DNA from: Candidatus Doudnabacteria bacterium
GTDB lineage: Bacteria; Patescibacteriota; Doudnabacteria; UBA920
Assembly: GCA_031291995.1 (NCBI GenBank)
Contig: JARLHZ010000039.1
Location: 18,380 to 82,379 of the forward strand
DNA length: 64,000 nucleotides
Direction: 5' to 3'
Below the pieces are notes generated by a model. It was not told the origin of the DNA, searched no databases, and saw only the letters and a program-made list of their open reading frames with translations. Position 1 is the first letter of the stretch; each line of letters opens with the position of its first letter. Below, in pieces: positions 1-9,245 of this stretch. A program made the translations under genes and the position numbers.

Positions 1-366
1 TTCCCGTTAATGGGATCAGAAATTGTTCCTACAACAATAATATCTCCAACATTGACTTCCTGTAATTTAGCATCGGACAGAGTGTCCTGGTAATCAACTT
101 CCACGCTCTGACCCTTTTCCGCACCGTCAAGCAGGGTCACTTGCAAAGTCTCGGTAATTTGCGACAGATGTTTATTCTGTTCCTCATTCTTATCCTTGAC
201 CTCGGTGACTTTTCCTTTGGCCAGTTCATTAAAAGACGTGTTGCCAGCCTCAGCGGCATCGGCGGCAAAACTTTGAGTATTGGTAGTAGGCGACTTTTCT
301 ATTTTATACCAGCCAAAGGCTAGGGCGGCGGCAACCACCAGTATGAAAATTGTGAGATATCTTTTC
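1..366 (-). CDS. hypothetical secreted/membrane-anchored protein (3'-truncated by window start; start codon at 366)
   Basis: Reverse-complement of 1..366 opens with ATG and encodes MKRYLTIFILVVAAALAFGW... (N-terminal hydrophobic signal/anchor) and continues in frame to the window edge. Not in the ORF track because there is no stop inside the window. Confidence 0.5.
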
Positions 367-405
367 ATTCTGTAATTTTATCACCCTTTGGCCTAGCCGG
401 CCATT

Positions 406-1242
406 TTAAGTATGGTGATGGGTTAGCTCCGGCAACTTATGCGGCACTATCCTATGGACAAGGCCGACCGTGATAAAGTAAGTTAAACCAGCCAGGCTGG
501 CTATATAGAAGCTGATGGGAAAAAGGGTGGCCAAAGCGAGTAGCAAGCCGCCCCAGGTGAAAACCAATCCCAATACTACTGAAAACAAAATCCCGTAAAG
601 CGGCCGTTTGGTTAAATGCTGAGCCGTGGCCGCAGGTGCGATTAACAGGGCGAAGACTAAAAGCACTCCTATAACCTGAATTGATTCAGCGACTGTGACA
701 GCCAAGATTAACATAAAAATAATCCCGAGCAGTTTTACCGGCACACCCCGGGCTTCGGCGACTTCGGGGTCTATGGACATAAACAACAACGGCCGGAACA
801 AAAACGACAATATGGCTAAAATTACGGCACTAAAAATTAAAGTAAGCCAGACATCGACCCTGGTCACGCTTAAAATAGAACCAAATAAGACTCCAACAGC
901 CTCCGTGGCTCCTCTGGTATAAAGGCGCAAAAAAAGCACTCCTAGACCTAAAGCAAAAGACAACACCATGCCTATTTCCACGTCACGGCCTTTTAGCCTG
1001 CCCTCCAAAGCGCCTATGCCTAATGCCGCCAATACAGTAAACCCAACCATCCCCAGTAAAGAGCTGATACCTAATAAAGCCGCGCCCGTGGCTCCTGCAA
1101 AGCCGATACAAGACAGCGACTCTGCGGCAAATGCCTGCGCGCGCAAAACGACAAAATATCCAACCACGCCGGTAATAATGGCAATAACCGTACCAGCCAA
1201 GAATGCATTTTGAATAAAAGGCTGCTGAAATAATTCAATCAT
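406..1242 (-). CDS. metal (Zn/Mn) ABC transporter permease, ABC-3 family
   Basis: 278-aa polytopic membrane protein with ZnuB/MntD-like profile. 4-bp ATGA overlap with the second permease. C-terminal HHHT. Confidence 0.8.
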   Translation of the reverse strand: MIELFQQPFIQNAFLAGTVIAIITGVVGYFVVLRAQAFAAESLSCIGFAGATGAALLGISSLLGMVGFTVLAALGIGALEGRLKGRDVEIGMVLSFALGLGVLFLRLYTRGATEAVGVLFGSILSVTRVDVWLTLIFSAVILAILSFLFRPLLFMSIDPEVAEARGVPVKLLGIIFMLILAVTVAESIQVIGVLLVFALLIAPAATAQHLTKRPLYGILFSVVLGLVFTWGGLLLALATLFPISFYIASLAGLTYFITVGLVHRIVPHKLPELTHHHT

Positions 1243-2078
1243 ACAACAGCCCTTTCCGCCCGTTGTTTTTGGGTTGAAAATAATCTTACCGGCAAATAAA
1301 CCGCAAACGATAAAGCGGCAATATAAAAACTTACCGGCCAGCTTCCGTTGGCGGCCAATAGTATACCAAGCCAGCTATAAATTAAACCCAAAACGATGGC
1401 CACGGCGATGGCTTTTTTAGGATCCTGCGCCAGACGCATGGCGGTAGCGGCCGGACCAACCAATAAAGTAAAAATTAAGAGTACGCCAACTACCTGCACA
1501 GCCATAGAAACCGTGATAGCCACAAGAATTAGAAAAATCAAGCCTAGCGTACGTACCGGAACACCGCGCGCTTGTGCCACTTCAGGGTCGAAAGAAGAAA
1601 ATAATAACGGTCGGTAGATTGCAGTCATCCCTGCCAAGGTAATCGCACTAAATATGGCAGTAATAAGAATATCCATTCTGCTGATTCCCAAAATCGTGCC
1701 AAACAAAATACTGTAAGCGCGCTCCGCGTACCCTGTGTAAAGGGAAATGAATAAGGCCCCAAGCCCTAAAATAAAAGCTAAAAAAATACCAATAGTCACA
1801 TCCCGCTCATTAAGTCTGCGTCCAAAGATTGCAATTCCAACAGCGCCTAAAATTGTAAATACCAGAAGACCAAATACCGGATCTACACCCGTTACCAGAG
1901 CGGCGGCGGCTCCGGCGAAGCCGACGTGTGACAAGGCATGTCCGGCGAACGTTAAGCCCCGAGCCAGCAAGAAATAACCGACCACGGCGGCAACAATAGC
2001 CACTAACGAAGCGGCAAATAAAGCATTTTGTAAAAACTGATAATGGAATAACAGAAACATAGGTTTAAGTCTCCGCAC
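1239..2078 (-). CDS. metal ABC transporter permease, ABC-3 family (second permease)
   Basis: 279-aa paralogue of the downstream permease. Overlaps the ATPase gene end, so operonic. Confidence 0.8.
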   Translation of the reverse strand: MRRLKPMFLLFHYQFLQNALFAASLVAIVAAVVGYFLLARGLTFAGHALSHVGFAGAAAALVTGVDPVFGLLVFTILGAVGIAIFGRRLNERDVTIGIFLAFILGLGALFISLYTGYAERAYSILFGTILGISRMDILITAIFSAITLAGMTAIYRPLLFSSFDPEVAQARGVPVRTLGLIFLILVAITVSMAVQVVGVLLIFTLLVGPAATAMRLAQDPKKAIAVAIVLGLIYSWLGILLAANGSWPVSFYIAALSFAVYLPVRLFSTQKQRAERAVV

Positions 2079-2838
2079 CTACGATAAAGACTCTATTGCC
2101 GCTTTTAACTACTTCTACCGAAGTCCCATAGAGCTTGCTTAGTGATTCGTTAGTTATAACTTCATCGGGTTTGCCCATAGCGCCATGACCCCGCGCCAAA
2201 AACAGCACGCGGTCAATGAAAGGCAAGAGCGGGTTAACATCATGTGTCACCAGCAAGATGGTAATATGTTTTTCCCGCGTCAGCTTAACAGCCAGAGCCA
2301 CAATGTCTTGGCTGTGCTGAATATCCAGATTTGAAAGCGGTTCGTCTAAGAGTAGAATTTTAGGGTTGGTAATCATAGCCTGGGCTATAAGCAAGCGCTG
2401 TTGCTCGCCGCCTGATAGTTGGCCCATGGATGAATCGGCCAAATGTAAGGCGTCAACTTCTTTTAAGGCTTGATTGATAATCTCAGTTCGGCGCTGGCTT
2501 GGCCAGCCAACGCCCCACTTGTTGCCATCTAAACCAAAACCCACCACGTCCCTGGCGCGCAGGGCCACATCGGTTTCCAGCACCCGGTGCTGTGGCGCGT
2601 AGCCAATTTGCGAATTGCCGCGTCGCGGAACATTACCCAAGACTCTGACATCGCCACAATCGGGTTTGAGCAATCCTAATAAAATCTTAAATAAAGTGCT
2701 TTTGCCGGCTCCATTTGGGCCAAGGACTGCCACGAATTCTCCGTTATTAACCGAAACGTTTATGTCGTGCAAAATCGTGCGACCGCCCAGGCTGACGCAA
2801 ATATTATCTAATGAAATTACAGGTTCGTTTATATCCAT
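2065..2838 (-). CDS. metal ABC transporter ATP-binding protein
   Basis: Walker A GPNGAGKST, ABC signature LSGGEQQR, Walker B LLLDEP. Confidence 0.88.
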   Translation of the reverse strand: MDINEPVISLDNICVSLGGRTILHDINVSVNNGEFVAVLGPNGAGKSTLFKILLGLLKPDCGDVRVLGNVPRRGNSQIGYAPQHRVLETDVALRARDVVGFGLDGNKWGVGWPSQRRTEIINQALKEVDALHLADSSMGQLSGGEQQRLLIAQAMITNPKILLLDEPLSNLDIQHSQDIVALAVKLTREKHITILLVTHDVNPLLPFIDRVLFLARGHGAMGKPDEVITNESLSKLYGTSVEVVKSGNRVFIVGAET

Positions 2839-2842
2839 ATTG

Positions 2843-3787
2843 TTATTTTACCACTTGCTGTAAACTTTGTTCCAAGTCATTTAACTGCCCAAGCATCCAG
2901 CTTTGGTAAGTCTTGTCTTGCGGCATAGTTTCGGAAACCTGAACCACAGGAATACCCAACTGCTTGGCCATGTTTTGTAGGTTAGTGGTTATGGGAGTGA
3001 CAGTTTGGTTGTTATAGATCAAAACTTTAATCTGCTTATTTTGCACCTGCTGGTTGGTGGTTTTAACATCCGCCACGGATGGATCGTTGCCTTCGGCCAG
3101 AGCCTTTTCAAAGTTATAAGGGGTAAGTACATTTAAACTCATCGCTTGAGTCTGATAAAGATAGATGGTTTCCGTAAGCCCCACTGGCGTGTTTTGGTAT
3201 TTGGATTTTATTTCGTCTATTTTTTGCAATAATGGACTCAAGGAATTGTTAAATGTTTGGAGGTTGTTGTTAAAAGTTGACAAGTCGGCTGGATCAGCTT
3301 TCTTTAGCGCAGAGGTAATTGCATTGGCAATGCTGGCCATATTATCTATTCCATACCAAATGTGTGGGTTATCCGGCAAAGGATGAGCCGCGATTTGCCC
3401 TGCTATCAAGACCTGCCGGCTGCTGTTTGGCGAGGCTGACAATAATTTATCCATCCAAGTATCGTATTCAAGCCCGTTTTCCAGAACAATATCGGCCTGA
3501 CTGACTGCCACCGCGTCCGGCACGCTGGATTCATACTCATGTGGGTCAGCGTTCGGATCGGAGAGTATGCTGGTAACGGAAACATGCTCGCCGCCTAATT
3601 GTTTAACCACGTCACCGTAAAAGTTTTCAGCAGCTACGACTTTTACCACAGACGAACTTTTGGCTTGGTTATTAGCGTTAGTAGATTGCTGCGGAGTATT
3701 AGAATGTATATTAACTTTAATTATATAACCGAGAACCGCAATAAAAATTATGCCTAAAATGAAACCTAAAATCTTTTTATTATTCAT
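2843..3787 (-). CDS. metal-binding periplasmic-type substrate-binding protein (ZnuA/TroA cluster A-I), N-terminally membrane anchored
   Basis: N-terminal TM anchor. NPHIWY and DPHEYE His-containing motifs typical of the TroA/ZnuA family. 4-bp gap to the ATPase gene. Confidence 0.8.
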   Translation of the reverse strand: MNNKKILGFILGIIFIAVLGYIIKVNIHSNTPQQSTNANNQAKSSSVVKVVAAENFYGDVVKQLGGEHVSVTSILSDPNADPHEYESSVPDAVAVSQADIVLENGLEYDTWMDKLLSASPNSSRQVLIAGQIAAHPLPDNPHIWYGIDNMASIANAITSALKKADPADLSTFNNNLQTFNNSLSPLLQKIDEIKSKYQNTPVGLTETIYLYQTQAMSLNVLTPYNFEKALAEGNDPSVADVKTTNQQVQNKQIKVLIYNNQTVTPITTNLQNMAKQLGIPVVQVSETMPQDKTYQSWMLGQLNDLEQSLQQVVK

Positions 3788-3790
3788 ATT

Positions 3791-5089
3791 TTAATTGTTA
3801 ATTGTTAAATTATTTAAAGTTGATGAAGCACTGCTGGATGTGTCCGGAGTTATCGTTATCAAAGCAGGAGGCATTGTTGTGGGGTCGACTGCTGGCGGAG
3901 TAGAACTGGAAACATCTGATGCTGCGGGCAAATCTTCAACGGTTGTAGTGGAATTATTAGTTTGTGGTGTCTGAGCAGGAACGGTTGCTGGCTGTCTTTG
4001 GCTAACAGCCATTACATCGGGACACTTGCCGGGCTGCGACTGCAAAACATTGTTGGCCGAGAAAATACAAACCGGTAGCTTGGTTACGGTATCATAGATA
4101 GTGATACCTGCTGGCTGGTCAAGCGATCCAACCTCTAGCTGCTTAGTTTGAACCATATCGGCAATCAAACTCTCGACCTTTATAAAACCCTGCGCAATAC
4201 TTACTCCCAAACTTTTTAAGCCATCCAATATCCATGAAATATCGAGCATTGCGGATATTTTGGCATCCAGTCCCTGAATACCGGCCAGCGCCACACCAGC
4301 GGGGTCTATCGTAGAAATAGAACTACTACTGTTGCCAAGGCCGAAGGCTGTATAAAAATCTTCTGCAACCGGACCTATATGCACAATGTCCGAATTCTCT
4401 GTTTTATAATTCCAAGTATAGATGGGCAAACTATCAATCTTGGTTAAAATATTATCTGGGGTTATGGTGGCAAAATTTTCTTTTAATTCTTTACTGGAAG
4501 CATTCGTCCAGCTATAACCGTCAAAGTTTGCGATTGAAACCGGGGATTCTATGGTGGCAACGTTTAAGTTAGCCATAGTAGTGGAAGCGGTAAAATTTGC
4601 GTTGCCAGAAAATGATGCGCTGCCTTCGTTTGTAAATGCTCCGGTGCTGTCCAAGTCCCCGGTGTTAACGCTATTGACCGTGATGTTGTCGCCGGAAAGG
4701 TTGGTAGCAGCCAAAAAAGTTTGTTGGTTTGCGGCCGATACTGCTCCCGGAATGTAGACCTGCTGGAAGTCGGAAGAGTTGGGGTCGACTGAGGCCAGGG
4801 TTGGAAAAGAAGAAGTGTCTCCTTTGTCGCCCTTTTCTCCTTTTAGCAAACCCTGTGATACCATTTTATTTACCATATCTGTTACTAAGCTGGTAATGTA
4901 GGCATCGCTGACGGTGTAACTGCCTAAAACCTGTGGTTTTGTCAGACTGACTACCAGAGCCTTTTTATTACCATAAGCTAAGTAACGGTTGTTACTAAAA
5001 GCTAAGGCTCGGCTGGTATTTAGCGCAAAGATTAAAAACGCCAAAAAAACTGTAACTATTGGTATTTGCTTTGAAGGAGGCTTCGCCAT
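3791..5089 (-). CDS. membrane-anchored fibre-like protein with a short collagen-like Gly-X-Y stretch and a peptidase-S74 / intramolecular-chaperone (tail-fibre/endosialidase C-terminal) domain
   Basis: N-terminal TM. GEKGDKGDT triplets. SSKELKENF...DSLPIYTWNYKTE..DIVHIGPVAEDF...DPAGVALAGIQGL matches the SDxRLKxNI...auto-chaperone module of phage tail fibres. S/T/P-rich C-terminus. Stop is 3 bp from the SBP gene start. Confidence 0.7.
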   Translation of the reverse strand: MAKPPSKQIPIVTVFLAFLIFALNTSRALAFSNNRYLAYGNKKALVVSLTKPQVLGSYTVSDAYITSLVTDMVNKMVSQGLLKGEKGDKGDTSSFPTLASVDPNSSDFQQVYIPGAVSAANQQTFLAATNLSGDNITVNSVNTGDLDSTGAFTNEGSASFSGNANFTASTTMANLNVATIESPVSIANFDGYSWTNASSKELKENFATITPDNILTKIDSLPIYTWNYKTENSDIVHIGPVAEDFYTAFGLGNSSSSISTIDPAGVALAGIQGLDAKISAMLDISWILDGLKSLGVSIAQGFIKVESLIADMVQTKQLEVGSLDQPAGITIYDTVTKLPVCIFSANNVLQSQPGKCPDVMAVSQRQPATVPAQTPQTNNSTTTVEDLPAASDVSSSTPPAVDPTTMPPALITITPDTSSSASSTLNNLTINN

Positions 5090-5240
5090 GTTGTTAATAG
5101 TTAATTATCTGTTGAGTTTTAGGAAAGGCGTTTGGCCTGAAAGCAATAAGAACCAAACGCCTTATAACTGGATATTAATGCAAGTCGTTTGCGTTTGTCA
5201 AGTTATTGCAAATAGATTGCGTTTATGCTAATATGCGCTT

Positions 5241-5666
5241 ATGAATAAACCCTGTAACCAGCATATTGCCGAATCCAAAGAACAGCTAAAGGCCGGCAGT
5301 TTAAAAATAACCTCCGCTCGTTTAACTTTGCTCGATATACTAAAGCACGCCAAAAAACCTCTCAGCATAAAAGAGATCTCCCTACGTTTGGGGGAGGTAG
5401 ATTTAGTTACTTTATATAGGAATGTGGAGTCTCTTCAGAATTTAGGAATAGTAAAACAGATTAACTTAAAAGACCGCCAGGCTTATTACGAGCTGTCGGG
5501 CGGCGAGCACCATCACCACCTTATTTGCACCAACTGCGGCAAGCTGGAAGACGTGCAGGTGGAGGAAATAAAGTTAAACAAAACTTTTCTTAAAAACCAC
5601 GGCTTTGCCAAGGTCACGGATCATAGTTTGGAGTTTTTCGGTATCTGTAAAAATTGCGACCGATAA
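5241..5666 (+). CDS. zur: Fur-family metalloregulator (probably Zur)
   Basis: 141 aa with HHHHLICTNCG...CKNCD metal-binding motifs and an N-terminal winged helix. Divergent from the znu-like operon. Confidence 0.75.
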   Translation: MNKPCNQHIAESKEQLKAGSLKITSARLTLLDILKHAKKPLSIKEISLRLGEVDLVTLYRNVESLQNLGIVKQINLKDRQAYYELSGGEHHHHLICTNCGKLEDVQVEEIKLNKTFLKNHGFAKVTDHSLEFFGICKNCDR

Positions 5667-5690
5667 TTAACTTAGCTTTAGGAGTTAATT

Positions 5691-6179
5691 TTGAATAATC
5701 TGATCATTTTTTCTACTCAATACTTGTACTTGCTGGTGGTTGTTCTAGCCACAGCGTATTTTTTTACCATCCCGAAAGACCAAAAGAGAAACTTTGGACT
5801 TTTGCTGATTATCGCCCTGCCCTGCATTTACCTAGTTTCAAGGGTAGCGGCTAACTTCTATTTCGATCCCCGTCCGTTTGTGATGGGGCACTTCACTCCA
5901 TTGATTCCCCATGCACCTGATAACGGCTTCCCTTCTGATCACGCCTTGATTACAAGCGCCATAGCTTCAGTAGTTTTTGTGTACAACAAAAAAGTAAGCG
6001 CTGTGCTTTGGGTGCTCACAATTATTGTAGGTCTGGCCAGAGTCCTTGCCGGCGTTCATCATCTCATTGATATTGCCGGAGCAATCACTATTTCTATTCT
6101 GGCAACCGCCGTTATAGATTACGTCCTAAAAAAAGCAAAAAGTTTTTACTTACAGAGACAAAATCTTCAGGTAGAGTAG
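5691..6179 (+). CDS. PAP2-family membrane phosphatase
   Basis: Motifs FDPRPF, PSDHA and ARVLAGVHHLIDI match the KxxxxxxRP / PSGH / SRxxxxxHxxxD PAP2 signature. 24 bp downstream of zur. Confidence 0.75.
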   Translation: MNNLIIFSTQYLYLLVVVLATAYFFTIPKDQKRNFGLLLIIALPCIYLVSRVAANFYFDPRPFVMGHFTPLIPHAPDNGFPSDHALITSAIASVVFVYNKKVSAVLWVLTIIVGLARVLAGVHHLIDIAGAITISILATAVIDYVLKKAKSFYLQRQNLQVE

Positions 6180-6270
6180 AGTATACGCTAGATATAATAA
6201 GGAGCATGCTTAGGAATACCAGCTATATAGTTAAATTATTAACTAACCGTTTAGTTGAATAATAAAAAAT

Positions 6271-6579
6271 ATGCGTACCGATAAACAAATAATTCAAATT
6301 CGCAAAGAGCTTAAAGACGGTACTGAACAAAGAGTAATTTTTAAGATCCTCGCCGACACTAACCGTTACCGTATTTTTGAAATGTTGGGCAAACAGCCCC
6401 AACTTACCGTCAGCGACATGGCCAGAGTTCTTAAAATATCCCTACCCCTTGCCTCCCAGCACCTTAAGACTTTAGAGCGCGGTGGCCTCCTGCAAAAAGA
6501 AAAACGAGGCCAAAAAGTTTACTACGGACTCAGAACCGATAACCGGATTGCCCAGGCTATTACTAAAACCATTATATGA
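6271..6579 (+). CDS. ArsR/SmtB-family metal-responsive transcriptional regulator
   Basis: RIFEMLGKQPQLTVSDMARVLKISLPLASQHLKTLERGGLL is a canonical ArsR HTH. Confidence 0.8.
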   Translation: MRTDKQIIQIRKELKDGTEQRVIFKILADTNRYRIFEMLGKQPQLTVSDMARVLKISLPLASQHLKTLERGGLLQKEKRGQKVYYGLRTDNRIAQAITKTII

Positions 6580-7199
6580 AAAAAATCATTATTGTTTTAT
6601 CGGCAATATTCTCACTGGCCGCCGGCTGCCAGAGCGCTATTGTCACTCAAACTCCGCCGGCAAAACCAGGAGCCTGCACCCTGGAAGCCAAACAGTGCCC
6701 GGATGGCTCTTATGTTGGCCGCAGCGGCCCTAACTGCGAGTTTGCGGCCTGTCCTGAACCGAAAGCGACAACTACTCCTACTCAACCACCGTCTCCGGTA
6801 GTCTGCCCACAAATTGCCTTGGCCTGCCCGGACGGCAGCTATGTTAAACCGGAAGGACCAAATTGCAAAATCCCTGACTGCCCGACCCTAACCAGCGGCA
6901 TAGAGGGAAAAATTACCCTAGGCCCGACTTGCCCAGTAGAACGAATGCCGCCAGATCCTAACTGTGCAGACAAACCTTATCAGGCTATGGTAATAGTTAA
7001 AACCGCAGACGGGCAAAAAGAAATTACGCGCTTTACTTCCCAAACCGATGGTACGTTCAAACAAGCCTTAAAGCCAGGCACGTATTTGCTGGTGTCGGTA
7101 AGCGCTCAAGTCTATCCACGGGGCGTACAGCAAACCGTGATAGTGAACGCAAATACCTTCAGCCAGGTTACAATTAGCTATGATACTGGGATAAGGTAA
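6576..7199 (+). CDS. Cys-rich lipoprotein
   Basis: Lipobox LAAGC. Three repeats CPDGSYV..GPNC..(A/D)CP. 14 Cys in ~120 aa, then a beta-rich C-terminal domain. ATGA overlap with the ArsR gene. Confidence 0.7.
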   Translation: MKKIIIVLSAIFSLAAGCQSAIVTQTPPAKPGACTLEAKQCPDGSYVGRSGPNCEFAACPEPKATTTPTQPPSPVVCPQIALACPDGSYVKPEGPNCKIPDCPTLTSGIEGKITLGPTCPVERMPPDPNCADKPYQAMVIVKTADGQKEITRFTSQTDGTFKQALKPGTYLLVSVSAQVYPRGVQQTVIVNANTFSQVTISYDTGIR

Positions 7200-7200
7200 C

Positions 7201-7312
7201 CCCTACAAGCCGTTTCTTACAACAACCCTACAAGCTATTTCAAGCGTTTCCTGCCCGAGTCGACATCTGGAGCCATCGGCAAATTCACGCGGCGTTTTAC
7301 GTGTAGGGTAGG
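7201..7312. repeat. ~100-nt structured direct repeat, copy A (CCCTACA...TGTAGGG long imperfect hairpin)
   Basis: About 80% identical to 8761..8863. Outer arms CCCTACA/TGTAGGG and inner arms GCGTTTCC/GCAAATTCACGC are complementary. Confidence 0.75.
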
Positions 7313-7329
7313 CTAAGAAGGGAAGGAAG

Positions 7330-8694
7330 TTAAAATGGTATCCCGATTGTATCAGTAGCCTCGGCGATATCCGCCTTTTTCGGCTGTTTAACAAGCTCCT
7401 TTTGCATTTCAGTTTTTTGTTCGGCGCTTAGCTGATCAAACTCCTCTAAGTCCTGGCGGGACTTTACCTGTAAGTGTTTGTCCATTTTTATAACTTTTTC
7501 GCTAACCTTCAATGCCATTTCATTAAATCCAAGCAGTTTGATGCCTGCCAGGGAGCGGACGCGGGACAGGGCCACGTAGCCCATACCATATTCAAAGGTC
7601 TTGCTTAAATCGATTTCCGCACAGTCCAAGCTCATCCCTTGGCTTTTATGAACAGTAATGGCCCAAGCCAGTCGTAGCGGCACTTGGCTGATTGAGGCTA
7701 ATATTTTCCTGCCGTCTTCAATCTTCCATTTTTCAGGATAGGCGATAATCACCTTGCCGTGAACAGTTTTAATAATTGGGTAGCCGCTGTCTTTGTCAAA
7801 ACCTGTTACCGTACCCAGCGTACCGTTAACATAGCCCAAATCAAAATTATTCTTTACGAACATAACCACGGTACCGGTTTTTAATACCAGCCGTTCAGGT
7901 GCCAGGCAGCTTTCTCTCAGCGTTTCCACCAAGTGTGGAATGCCTTCAGAGTACATTTGGTAAACTGATTCCTTGCCTTTTAATTTAGCCAGCTCAAACT
8001 GGTTATAAGCGTCTACGTTGCTGTTGTGGGTATGCAACTTAGTGGGCTTAATCTTAAAACTTACCGGCTGATTGATCCGTTCAGCGAGTACGGCTTTGGT
8101 ATCCATTGTAGTTCCGTTACGGCGAATGTCGTTTAATACCCGTAAAAATCTTTTATCATCTTGGCGGTATTGCTCTTCCAGATAGCAAATTTTGATGTCC
8201 ATATTTTGCCAGATTCCAGACTCAGTCACAAATCTGCCGTCCTCCCTGGCAGTCCTTGTTACGGGCGGCAGTTGGAAAAAATCCCCGCATAGGATAGTCT
8301 GGATGCCGCCAAAGGGCGCGGCGCTTTCCTTAAATTCTTTGCAGATTCTGTCCACCAGATCCAGCCGACTGGCATTGAGCATGGAGATTTCGTCGATTAT
8401 TAAAACCTTGGCGTATTTTATCCGTTCCCACAGGTGCTCTTTTTCCGTCAGTCTCTCTATCTGCTCATCGGACAGGTTCTGCTCAATGCCCATGCCGCAC
8501 CAGGAATGAATGGTGCGACCGTTGATATGCGTTGCCGCGATGCCGGTAGAGGCCGTTATCCCCGGATCAACATCATTGTGTTTCAGGTAATTTATATATT
8601 GGTTCAGCAAAAAAGTCTTGCCGCAGCCGGCGGGGCCGGTGAGGAAGACGTTATATCCAGACTTTAACATTTCTAAGGCTTGGGGTTGGGTCAT
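7330..8694 (-). CDS. PIF1/RecD-like SF1 DNA helicase
   Basis: Walker A GPAGCGKTFLL, Walker B LIIDEISML, motif ITVHKSQGMSLD. Confidence 0.8.
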   Translation of the reverse strand: MTQPQALEMLKSGYNVFLTGPAGCGKTFLLNQYINYLKHNDVDPGITASTGIAATHINGRTIHSWCGMGIEQNLSDEQIERLTEKEHLWERIKYAKVLIIDEISMLNASRLDLVDRICKEFKESAAPFGGIQTILCGDFFQLPPVTRTAREDGRFVTESGIWQNMDIKICYLEEQYRQDDKRFLRVLNDIRRNGTTMDTKAVLAERINQPVSFKIKPTKLHTHNSNVDAYNQFELAKLKGKESVYQMYSEGIPHLVETLRESCLAPERLVLKTGTVVMFVKNNFDLGYVNGTLGTVTGFDKDSGYPIIKTVHGKVIIAYPEKWKIEDGRKILASISQVPLRLAWAITVHKSQGMSLDCAEIDLSKTFEYGMGYVALSRVRSLAGIKLLGFNEMALKVSEKVIKMDKHLQVKSRQDLEEFDQLSAEQKTEMQKELVKQPKKADIAEATDTIGIPF

Positions 8695-8760
8695 AAATTG
8701 GTTGTCTTTGTCTGTGTGGAATTAATTATATCGTTTTAAGGATGGAGGATTTTTATACTG

Positions 8761-8863
8761 GCCTACAAGCAATCACCCTACATAGGATTTCAAACGTTTC
8801 CTGCCCAGGCGATATATGGAGCCACCAGCAAATTCACGCAGCGATTTGTATGTAGGGTGGGAG
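8761..8863. repeat. ~100-nt structured direct repeat, copy B
   Basis: Same-orientation copy of 7201..7312. The two copies bracket the helicase gene. Confidence 0.75.
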
Positions 8864-8994
8864 TAAACAAGGTGTTAATATTACTTGGAAATTCCTACAA
8901 AGCGAGTCTTTGAAATTTTGGCTGGTTATGATAGTCTTATAGTATAGATTTTCGTCGAAGGCCCGTCCTTTTTGGCGGAGAAATGGTTTCAGAG

Positions 8995-9037
8995 CAATCT
9001 GAAATAGGCGAAAACGCGGACCCCTTAACAGGGGTCT
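8995..9037 (+). terminator. Rho-independent terminator module (ATAGGCGAAAACGC + GACCCCTTAACAGGGGTC + T-run)
   Basis: 9-bp GC stem followed by TGTTTTTTG. About 80% identical to the module at 10473..10517. Confidence 0.65.
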
Positions 9038-9245
9038 GTTTTTTGTGAGAGTGCTGGTGTTGGTGTCACTGAGTGAAGTATCCTACCCTGCTCATTACGG
9101 GCTACAATCGTCCGCTCATAGCGGGGAGGTGGTAATTCGATTACAAAATGGAAAGGAATCAGTTTTACAGGGGTGTCAGCGGAAAAATATCGGGTAGAGT
9201 CCTGGCTATGCCGATTGTCTGTTTTGTACCAGGCATAATTTAAAG

